Below, piece by piece: positions 19,630-27,203 of a stretch of 57,248 nt of DNA; the stretch's first letter is position 1, and each line of letters starts with the position of its first letter. Under the pieces are notes generated by a model, which had not been told where the DNA came from, did no database searches, and saw nothing but the letters and a program-made list of their open reading frames with translations. This DNA is from Armatimonadota bacterium. Lineage in GTDB: Bacteria > Armatimonadota > SYMT01 > JACQGL01. Made by a program: the position numbers and the translations under genes. The stretch is taken from NCBI GenBank assembly GCA_016199525.1, contig JACQGL010000185.1, positions 1 through 57,248 on the forward strand, written 5' to 3'.

Positions 19630-21293
19630 GCTCCCGCTCGCTGGCCCGTCTTTGCCCTCCTTCTGTGGTCCGTTCGTCTTTCTTCTTCCCTGCTTCGTGC
19701 TTCGTATTGCCGGCGGTAGATCACAAACTGGTAGTCGTGAAACAGGCGCGGCGGCGCGGCGCGGGATGTGTAGTGAAGCAGCGGCTGGTAGTGGGCAAAG
19801 AAGGCCCGCCGCTCCGCCTCGGAGCGGAACATTGGCACGCCGGTGTTGATAGTGCGATTCTGGTAGAGATAGCTGGGCCGCTCCACCACATAATCAGGCT
19901 GAAAACGGCGCAGGCTCTCCGCGAACCAGCCCGCGCCAGCGCGGTTGAGGGGCACGTACTGCGGTGAGACCAGCCCCACCTCGTCGAGGATCACCCGCCG
20001 GGAGAAATAGCCGATGTAGCCGATCGGCTCGGTAGCCACGCGGGTGCCGGGTGGGGTGTGGGTGGCCAGCCAGCTGCCGATAGCGCGCCGGACCCCGTTC
20101 TCGGCGGCCTGGATCTGCCTCGCCTGCACGGCGGCGAGCCGCAGCCAGGCTAGCAGCCACACGGCCAGCACGGCAGGAAGCAAACGCGGCAGCCATCGCC
20201 ACTCTTCCCACCCCTCCTCCACCCAGCGCCCCAGGCCGGCGGCGGCCATCAGGTAGGCGGGGAGCAGCAGCGGGGGGAAATACCAGCGGAAGAGCAGCGT
20301 GCGGGGCAGCACCAGGTAGGCCCACCAGACCACGAACAGCAAAGGCACCACCCGGCCCGATCCATTCCGGCCCCGATGGTATCCGGACCACCACCAGCCC
20401 AGTCCCGCCAGCATGAGCGGCAGCAGGGCGGCGTTCACGCACCGCTGGGGTAGGGGACCACCCGTGGGTGTGAAGTAGTCTAGGGAGTACCAGAAGTTGG
20501 GTGAGAACCACTTCCGGTGCTGGTTGTAGGCGGCAGCCTTGGCCACCACGGAATGGGGCAGCGGTGTCCCGTAGTACAGCGTCGCGCCGATCAGCCAGGG
20601 GGCGAGCACCAGACCCATCATCAGGAGGCTCCGCCAGGGCACCTCGAGGCGCGGGGACCGGCGGGTGCGGAGGCCCAGCAGGAGCGCCGCCGCCAGCAGC
20701 CCATCGGGCCGCGTGAGGATGAGGAGACCCAGACAGCCCCCGGTAAGCCATTCGCGCCCCGCCTGCGCCGCCAGAAGGGCCGCGGTGAGGAAGAAGAGCG
20801 CCAGCGAGGTCTCCATCCCGCTCACCGCCGTTTCGACCAGGAAAGGGGAAAGGCCAAACAGGAGGACGAACAAGAGGCCCGCCCAGGGAGTGCGGAATTG
20901 CTCCCGGAGCAGCCGCACCCAGAGGATGGCGGTGACGCCATCCGCCGTGACCAGCAGCAACTTGGCGATGAGCAGTGGGTCCGGCGCTCCCAGCCGGGCG
21001 AGGGCGGCGATCAGGAGCACGTGCAGCGGCGTGGAGGCGCCGAAGACCCGCTCCCCGGGGTTGTAAACCAGGCCGAGCCCGTGAGCCAAGTTCTCCCCGT
21101 AGCGGAGCGAGATGTAGGCGTCCTCATAGGTGATGTGGGTGGCTGCCAGATATAGGAGCCGCGTCGCGGCCACCAGGACGAATACCCCGGCGGCTTCCGC
21201 CCACGCGGGCGCGGGTGGGCCTGCGCCAGGCGCGGCTTTCGAGACGCCAGTGGAGGGCTGCATCCGGCAGGTTCCGGGCGGATCCCGATGCAA
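19260..21293 (-). CDS. GT-C fold membrane glycosyltransferase with an abnormal C-terminal extension antisense to chrA
   Basis: Polytopic N-terminal half (YEDAYISLRYGENLAHGLGLVYNPGERVFG) and a soluble C-terminal domain ending FVIYRRQ near 19707. The ORF then continues ~147 Arg/Ala-rich codons to 19260. The likely functional end is near 19704. Confidence 0.6.
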   Translation of the reverse strand: MHRDPPGTCRMQPSTGVSKAAPGAGPPAPAWAEAAGVFVLVAATRLLYLAATHITYEDAYISLRYGENLAHGLGLVYNPGERVFGASTPLHVLLIAALARLGAPDPLLIAKLLLVTADGVTAILWVRLLREQFRTPWAGLLFVLLFGLSPFLVETAVSGMETSLALFFLTAALLAAQAGREWLTGGCLGLLILTRPDGLLAAALLLGLRTRRSPRLEVPWRSLLMMGLVLAPWLIGATLYYGTPLPHSVVAKAAAYNQHRKWFSPNFWYSLDYFTPTGGPLPQRCVNAALLPLMLAGLGWWWSGYHRGRNGSGRVVPLLFVVWWAYLVLPRTLLFRWYFPPLLLPAYLMAAAGLGRWVEEGWEEWRWLPRLLPAVLAVWLLAWLRLAAVQARQIQAAENGVRRAIGSWLATHTPPGTRVATEPIGYIGYFSRRVILDEVGLVSPQYVPLNRAGAGWFAESLRRFQPDYVVERPSYLYQNRTINTGVPMFRSEAERRAFFAHYQPLLHYTSRAAPPRLFHDYQFVIYRRQYEARSREEERRTDHRRRAKTGQRAGAYDPAAIRTTCPIAAATKTSAGVETRVRSSASNARMTSASHPAIAGRPTPRRTPIARGRVAPRMAPTTAGFTPARNAWIMRARRTRLRNGAAARMKANDGRKIAAVATIAPRGPERPCVWATR

Positions 21294-21375
21294 TCGGGAT
21301 CGGGGTCCAGGGGATTGTAGGGAGATTGTCCGGGCGCGTCAAGGGGCAACCTCCACTCCTGGCGCCCCCGGGTAG

Positions 21376-21666
21376 TGTCAAGAGTTCTGTGTAAATCCAG
21401 AGGCATGCCTCGGCGTGCGGCAGGCTATCCTGGTGACCCAGGCCTTTCATCTGCCCCGCGCCCTGTTTACGGCCCGCCAGCTGGGAATGGACGCCGTCGG
21501 GCTGGCAGTTCCCCCCGGCGTGCCCAAGCCCATGCTCTGCAAGCTGGAGCTGCGGGAGATCGTCGCCCGACCGGTGGCAGTGCTGGATACCCTCATCCTG
21601 CGATCCAGGCCCAGGTACCTCGGCCGTCGTGAACCGCTTTTCGGGGATGAGCGGGAGGACCGGTAG
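21376..21666 (+). pseudogene. 3-prime remnant of a SanA/YdcF (DUF218) gene
   Basis: Open frame from 21376. VRQAILVTQAFHLPRALFTARQLGMDAVG...REIVARPVAVLD...RPRYLG resembles only the last ~85 aa of SanA-type proteins. No room or frame exists for the N-terminal ~130 aa. Confidence 0.45.
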
Positions 21667-21793
21667 GTTTCCGTACGCACCAGAACGGGTTTCCGCTCCG
21701 CTTGCTTGCGGCGCCCCGCCCGCGTACGCTGGTTCCTGCGGCGCGGAGGGACCGTATGGCGTAACGATCTCGGCCCATCGTGCCACGGCGGCG

Positions 21794-22645
21794 CTATGCC
21801 GGGGCGGACGTCGACTCTCCTCCCCACGCCTCGAATACCCGCCGGCTCACCGCGGAGATGAAGTGACTGCCCTCGTGGTCACAGGTGATGGTAGGGTCGG
21901 GACAGTCCTTCGTCATCACGCACAGGGCGTAGGTGGCCTGCGGTACGCCGACCAGTCCCGCCTCGCACCGGACCCCCTTCAGACCCCCCGTCTTGCTGGC
22001 AATCCAGATCCGCTGTGTCTCCCCAAACTCCTCCGCGTAGGGGCTATAGGGCAGGTGGCGTCGTATCGGCTCAATGTACTTCTGGATGCGCATGATGGCC
22101 AGCATCTCCGCCACACTGCCCGCGGAGATCAGCTCCCCACGCCAGAGGTGCGAGAGAAAGTCGCAGAAGTCTCGCGGCGTCCCCACCGCCAGGTTATCGT
22201 TTGACTGCCGAATGAGGTCGAAATCGATCCGGTGTCGCAGCTCGGTGTCGAAAAGCCCTGCTTCGCGGATCGCCACATTGATGGCGTGCCGGCCCAGCCG
22301 GTCGATAAGGAGGTTGGTAGCGGTGTTGTCGCTGATCGCCATCATGAACACCGCCAGGTCCCGGAGAGTGGGATTGAGACCTTCGTCGCTGCTGACCAGC
22401 AGGCCGGACCCCTGCGTCCGGTCCTGATTCCGCAACGTAACCCGCTCCCAGAGCTGGGCGCTGCCGCGTTCATGCTGGCGGAATAGCTCAAAGAGGATCA
22501 GGATCTTGATTATGCTGGCGGTGGGGAAGCGCTCGCGGTCGTTATAGATCGCTTCCTCACCGGTGGTCAGGTTGCGCGCCGCGATCCCCGCCCGTCCGGA
22601 GAACGCCTCCGCCAGCGCGGCAAGATCCGTAGCCAGATCACTCAT
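21794..22645 (-). CDS. Class A beta-lactamase-related serine hydrolase, no signal peptide
   Basis: Start at ATG 22645 (MSDLATDL). SxxK as SIIK, SDN box (ISDNTA), KTG box (SKTGG). The upper 267 codons of ORF 21794..23446 overlap the next gene and were discarded. Confidence 0.75.
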   Translation of the reverse strand: MSDLATDLAALAEAFSGRAGIAARNLTTGEEAIYNDRERFPTASIIKILILFELFRQHERGSAQLWERVTLRNQDRTQGSGLLVSSDEGLNPTLRDLAVFMMAISDNTATNLLIDRLGRHAINVAIREAGLFDTELRHRIDFDLIRQSNDNLAVGTPRDFCDFLSHLWRGELISAGSVAEMLAIMRIQKYIEPIRRHLPYSPYAEEFGETQRIWIASKTGGLKGVRCEAGLVGVPQATYALCVMTKDCPDPTITCDHEGSHFISAVSRRVFEAWGGESTSAPA

Positions 22646-22692
22646 CGTCACCTCATCATCAGCAAGCCGCGCGGAAAGCAGGGAGCGCGCCG

Positions 22693-23742
22693 TTACAGCC
22701 CCTCGGGAAACTGCTGCGTCTCCCCGGTGGCGATAGCTCGCTGTACCGCATCCAGGAACGCCACCCCGCGAGCGGCCTCCTCCGGCTTTACCGCCGGTTC
22801 GGCGCCCGCCAGAATCGCGTCGGCGATATTTCGATAGTATTGCTTCCAATCCCCCCGTTGGGTCTGAAGCCGCATTTCTGCGAGGGTGCCCCCAATCTCC
22901 GTTACCACGTGCGCGTAGTGGGCAGGATCCTCGCGCGCCGCGTCGATGTCGCCCGCAAGCATGGCTGCCTCCTGCGGATCGACCCCTTCCTTCCGCAGCG
23001 CCCCGCGCTCTCCCACGATGTACCAGTGCGGCTTGCCCACGCGCGCGCGGTTGCATAGCTCGATACGGTAGATCACCCCGTTGTCGAACTGCGCCTCCGC
23101 GCTGATGTAGCTCTCGACGTCCAGGTGCTGCCAGTCGTACTGGGCGCGGGCCGTCACATGTGTAACGCGGCCAGGGACGAGCTGAAACATCTGGTCCACA
23201 AAGTGGGCGCCCCAGTCGTGCATAATGGTGCCCATCGATGCCTTTTCCGCTCGCCAGCCGCGGGGCGGGCTGTAGCGCCATATGCCAATTTCGAATAAGC
23301 GTGGAGCGCCGATGAGACCCTCCGCCAGCGCCTGGCGGAGGGTGAGGAAGTCGCCATCCCAGCGGCGGTTGTGGAACACGCTCAGCAACACCCCGTTGCG
23401 GTCCCGAGCGGCCAGCATAGCGCGGGCCTCGCTGGACGTCAGGCACATCACCTTGTCCACCACGCAGTGCTTGCCCGCGTCCATAATGGCGATTGCCTGC
23501 TCCGCGTGCCCGTGATGCGGGGTGGCAACGATCACCAGGTCCACCTCATCGGCGGCCAGCATCTCGGACAGAGTGGCGTAGGTCGCGCAGCCGTACTCCT
23601 GGTGCGCGCGCTCCCGGCGGGCAGGATTGCGAGTCGCCACCGCGTTCAGGGCGATGCGAGGTTCGTGAGTGAGCAGATGGGCGTGGAAGCCGCGTCCAGC
23701 AAAGCCGTAGCCCAGGATGCCGGCGCGGATGGGTGGGCGCAT
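22693..23742 (-). CDS. Gfo/Idh/MocA family oxidoreductase
   Basis: N-terminal Rossmann IRAGILGYGFAGRGFH, ATPHHGHAEQA, and a C-terminal alpha/beta domain. Confidence 0.85.
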   Translation of the reverse strand: MRPPIRAGILGYGFAGRGFHAHLLTHEPRIALNAVATRNPARRERAHQEYGCATYATLSEMLAADEVDLVIVATPHHGHAEQAIAIMDAGKHCVVDKVMCLTSSEARAMLAARDRNGVLLSVFHNRRWDGDFLTLRQALAEGLIGAPRLFEIGIWRYSPPRGWRAEKASMGTIMHDWGAHFVDQMFQLVPGRVTHVTARAQYDWQHLDVESYISAEAQFDNGVIYRIELCNRARVGKPHWYIVGERGALRKEGVDPQEAAMLAGDIDAAREDPAHYAHVVTEIGGTLAEMRLQTQRGDWKQYYRNIADAILAGAEPAVKPEEAARGVAFLDAVQRAIATGETQQFPEGL

Positions 23743-23919
23743 AAGACTGAGAACCCTTCAACCTCGAACATGTTCAACATCGCTTCCAGGGCAACTCCGC
23801 TCTTGCAGGGCCGCGCTCCTTGCTCGGCAGACCGTCCTGCTGCCCGGCGACCCTTCAGTGGCGCCGGGTATGGATGCGGGGCCAGCGGCAGCGCGGGGCT
23901 CGCGCCACCACCAATCGAG

Positions 23920-25002
23920 CTAACCTTCGGCTGCCTCGACGATGGAAATAATCTCGGGTGCAACGTAGATACGTCCTCGCGCCTGGCCGGTTGCTTCTCT
24001 CAAGATACCCATCGCCTCAAGCTTGGCGACATTGAGAGACGCAGCCCGGTAAGTAACCTTGAGACTCCGTTGAGCCCGGGCCACCGTGATAGCGGGATAG
24101 GCAAACAAGTCATCTACTATCTGAAGCGGACGACTGGAAGAGCCGGAGGACTGAAGTCTGCGCCGATAATCCTGCCAGAGATCGAGCAGCCGCTGCGAAC
24201 GACGGATGGCGTCGTTCGACTGCTGCGCAACCCCTTGTAGGAAGAAGTGAATCCACGCCGCCCAGTCGCCCCGCTGACTGACCCGGAGGAGATGGTCCAT
24301 GTATGCCTGGCGATAACGCTCGAAGTAAGCACTGAGGTACAACAATGGGCCGGGGAGATGTTTCCTCTCGCATAGTTGCAGTACGATCAACAGCCGACCC
24401 ATACGGCCGTTGCCATCTCTGAAAGGGTGTATTGCCTCGAATTGATAGTGAACCAACGCGAGCTGGACCAGGACGGGTAGCTCGCTCTCGGACGTCATAG
24501 AACGCTCCAGATCCGCCAGGGTTTGGTCGAGCTCTGATGGCGGCGGCGGAATGAACCTCGCTTCTTCTACAGGTTGTCCCCGCTGAGCAATATAGTTTTG
24601 GGTGCGTCGGAACTCCCCGGGCTGGTGATCTTCACCCCGAACGCCGGCAAGCAATCGCTCGTGCACCTCCCGAATCAGCCGCAAGCATACGGGAAGGTCC
24701 TGCAAGCGTTTCAGGCCATATTCCATCGCCCGTACATAGTTGAATACCTCCCTGACATCAGTTGATTCTGGTTCGCTCGAGGGATCGACCTCAAACAAGA
24801 GTAGCTGCTCAAGACGAGCAATCGTGCCCTCGATGCGCGTCGACAGAACTGCCTCGTGCCGCAGAAACGGGCCAATAAGCAGATGTGGATTCGGCAGCAT
24901 CCTCCCGACGCCTGCCAGTTCGCCCAGGGCGCGTTCCGCTTGCGCGAGAAGCTTCACTGCTTGCAGGTTTAAGTCCAGCTTGGGCGGCAGGAGATCTGGC
25001 AC
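23920..25002 (-). CDS. Fic family protein (class II, N-terminal auto-inhibitory helix, C-terminal wHTH-like domain)
   Basis: Fic motif HPFRDGNGRMGRLL. Inhibitory motif S-T-R-I-E-G (SxxxEG) in LSTRIEGT. GTG start. GC content is visibly lower than the surroundings. Confidence 0.9.
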   Translation of the reverse strand: MPDLLPPKLDLNLQAVKLLAQAERALGELAGVGRMLPNPHLLIGPFLRHEAVLSTRIEGTIARLEQLLLFEVDPSSEPESTDVREVFNYVRAMEYGLKRLQDLPVCLRLIREVHERLLAGVRGEDHQPGEFRRTQNYIAQRGQPVEEARFIPPPPSELDQTLADLERSMTSESELPVLVQLALVHYQFEAIHPFRDGNGRMGRLLIVLQLCERKHLPGPLLYLSAYFERYRQAYMDHLLRVSQRGDWAAWIHFFLQGVAQQSNDAIRRSQRLLDLWQDYRRRLQSSGSSSRPLQIVDDLFAYPAITVARAQRSLKVTYRAASLNVAKLEAMGILREATGQARGRIYVAPEIISIVEAAEG

Positions 25003-25214
25003 GAAGGCCCATTACCCTTCCCGGGTCTTCACGAGCCTGCCAGGAGCGTCTCCGCTGAAGTCTGAGGGTTGCACCATCGGATCCACTGGTATGGATACCG
25101 GGGTATCATAACGGTAACCCGGTTATACTTTTCATATCGCAAGTATGATACGTCAATTCATATACATTGTATCATCGACGCTAACCGCCTCCGGTCTTCA
25201 GCCGTGAGGAGCCT

Positions 25215-25234
25215 GCCCCGAAAGCTTTCGGGGC
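25215..25234. repeat. Perfect 20-nt palindrome GCCCCGAAAGCTTTCGGGGC (terminator-like hairpin after the SLT gene)
   Basis: Self-complementary. Lies 70 nt 3-prime of the minus-strand stop at 25305. Shares a 16-nt core with 17342..17361. Confidence 0.7.
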
Positions 25235-25304
25235 CTGCAGGGACGCTCCTTCACTCCGAATGGGGCCCCTGGCAGCGCGGCCCAGAGGCGTAGAGGCGGC
25301 AGCC

Positions 25305-26948
25305 CTACCCCTCTGTTGCCCGGGGCGCCGGGCAATAGGCTGCCTGCTCCTCCCGGTAGGCGGGGTTGGGCACTACGTGGATCCGCTCGGGACCCAGGAT
25401 GCGCTCCACCAGCCAGTTGATCCGCTGCCCATCCGCCAGCCGGGACAGCGCGTAGAACAGCACCTTTCGGTCCCAGTCCCGCGCGGGCAAGCGCAGATCG
25501 AAGCACAGCCCTGTGGGGTGGTAGTCGAGGGTCGGCTCCCACTCGTTCGGATCGGTCCCTGGAGGCGGCACCTGGGGGAACTTCTCGTTGAGCGCGCGGG
25601 AATAGACCTCCGTGGAGGTCATGCCGATCACAGTGAGCGCGCCTTTCCCCCCATTGCGCCGGTAAAGGCGGGCCACGCGCAGCAGCGTCTCCATCGCCTC
25701 TGGGCGGAGGCCCTTGTACGTCCCCGCCTCCTTAGGGTCGAGAGGGGCCAGGTCAGCGGTGTGCAGTCCGAGGCGCTTCGCCGCTGGGGGAAGAGGGACC
25801 AGCTCTCGCCGTGCGTACGCCGCCCGCAGCGCCCCCTTATCCGCGAACGTCCACCGCTCGCGGTCGGGGTACCAGACCGCCTCGGTGCGTTGCCCGGGGC
25901 GCAAGGCTTCCCACTGCCGGCGGAACGCCGCGGGATCCCGCCGGTAAGCGGTGATGGCGCGCTCTGCCATCCGTACCTTCCACCAGTAGTAGCGGTGGTC
26001 GTCCGCGCGGCCATACAGGTAATTGAACACCGAAGGCGCCTCCAGCGGGGAGACCTGCAGGTAGAGGCGCTCGTAGGAGAGGCGGTTCGGACCCCGCAGC
26101 CGTGTCCGCACCCAGTCCGGCAGCAGACTCATGGAGCGAGAGCCGCGCACGAACAGATTGGCCGTGCGGTTCACGCCACCCTCGCCGCCATGGTAGGCCT
26201 GGAGCGCCCAGTCGAGACCCCCGTAGTGGCGGGCTAGGCGCAGCAGGTAGCGCGTCTGCGCGGCGATGGCGCGGGCCGGATCGAAGCGCTCGTCCCAGCG
26301 GCGGCGCTCCTGGTAGTCCTCCTCCCAGCGGCGCTGGTGGAACGCGCGCCACTGGTCCCGCGACCATGGAATGCCGCCCGCCCAATCGGGCGCAGGCTTG
26401 CAGAATGATTCCGGCTGGGCATCCAGCCAGCGGAGCGCCTCCCGGTGGCGCGCCATCCGGCGGGTGCAGGCACGAGCGGCGGCCTCGTTCACGCGCAAAC
26501 CGCACCGTCGCCCTGTACCCGCCAGAAACTGCGCCACCCCCACCGCGTTCGAGACGGAGATTGCATCCGGGTTGCCGCCCGATTCCAGCAATAGATCCGC
26601 CTCTTGCTTCGCCTGGAAGTAACGGCGGTAGGCATCTACGTCGGTACCCACCGCTGCGGCGAGCGCCCGCAGGTCGGTCTGGACCTCGGGGGAGCGGAGG
26701 ACGCGTTCAATCAGCGGGCTGATCTCTGCCACGATGCGTCGCACATCCCGCAGCGAGGTACGGCGGCCCATGATCCGTTTACGCTGGGATTCGATCAGCA
26801 GATCGATGGACGGCGAGAGTTCATCCAGCTCCCGCCCCGGGGCGGCAAAGGCGCTGGTCACCCCCTCTTCCCGGCTCGATCGGCACCCTCCCACCGCCAG
26901 AAGGGCGATGCCTGCCAGCACTCCACACACCACGCCAAATGACTTCAT
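25305..26948 (-). CDS. Lipoprotein with a lytic transglycosylase (SLT) domain and a C-terminal VanY/M15-like peptidase region
   Basis: Start at ATG 26948. Lipobox in MKSFGVVCGVLAGIALLAVGGC. SLT motifs ESGGNPDAISVSNAVGVAQF and AYHGGEGGV. The C-terminal YHPTGLCFDL and PERIHVVP resemble the HxxxxxxD...ExxH zinc ligands of M15 peptidases. Confidence 0.7.
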   Translation of the reverse strand: MKSFGVVCGVLAGIALLAVGGCRSSREEGVTSAFAAPGRELDELSPSIDLLIESQRKRIMGRRTSLRDVRRIVAEISPLIERVLRSPEVQTDLRALAAAVGTDVDAYRRYFQAKQEADLLLESGGNPDAISVSNAVGVAQFLAGTGRRCGLRVNEAAARACTRRMARHREALRWLDAQPESFCKPAPDWAGGIPWSRDQWRAFHQRRWEEDYQERRRWDERFDPARAIAAQTRYLLRLARHYGGLDWALQAYHGGEGGVNRTANLFVRGSRSMSLLPDWVRTRLRGPNRLSYERLYLQVSPLEAPSVFNYLYGRADDHRYYWWKVRMAERAITAYRRDPAAFRRQWEALRPGQRTEAVWYPDRERWTFADKGALRAAYARRELVPLPPAAKRLGLHTADLAPLDPKEAGTYKGLRPEAMETLLRVARLYRRNGGKGALTVIGMTSTEVYSRALNEKFPQVPPPGTDPNEWEPTLDYHPTGLCFDLRLPARDWDRKVLFYALSRLADGQRINWLVERILGPERIHVVPNPAYREEQAAYCPAPRATEG

Positions 26949-27203
26949 CAGCTCTCGGCAGCGACGCGGACAAGGCGACGCACTCAGCCGAGCACCCGGC
27001 GGAGGAGCGGTGGATAACCGGGGAAGGAGGCAACGGTCCACCCGTCCCTCCCTCATCCTATCCCTCTCCTTTCCTCCGTCGGCTCGTGGCCACACGCGAG
27101 CGCCCGCGATCGGGAGTACCCGTTTCGTGGGCGGACGAACGGTCGCGGTTCAATGCGCTACTGTCGGTACATACGTGGGCAAAGAGCATGCGGCCGTCGC
27201 CAA

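Noticed and set aside
22646-23446. N-terminal 267 codons of the 550-aa ORF 21794..23446
   Set aside because: This part overlaps the Gfo/Idh/MocA gene in another frame and is Arg/Gly-rich. The beta-lactamase-like homology begins only at the internal ATG 22645.
23917-25187. Possible direct repeats (GCTAACC) flanking the Fic island as insertion scars
   Set aside because: Only 7 bp are shared (23919-23925 and 25180-25186), which is within chance expectation. No integrase, transposase or tRNA gene is adjacent.
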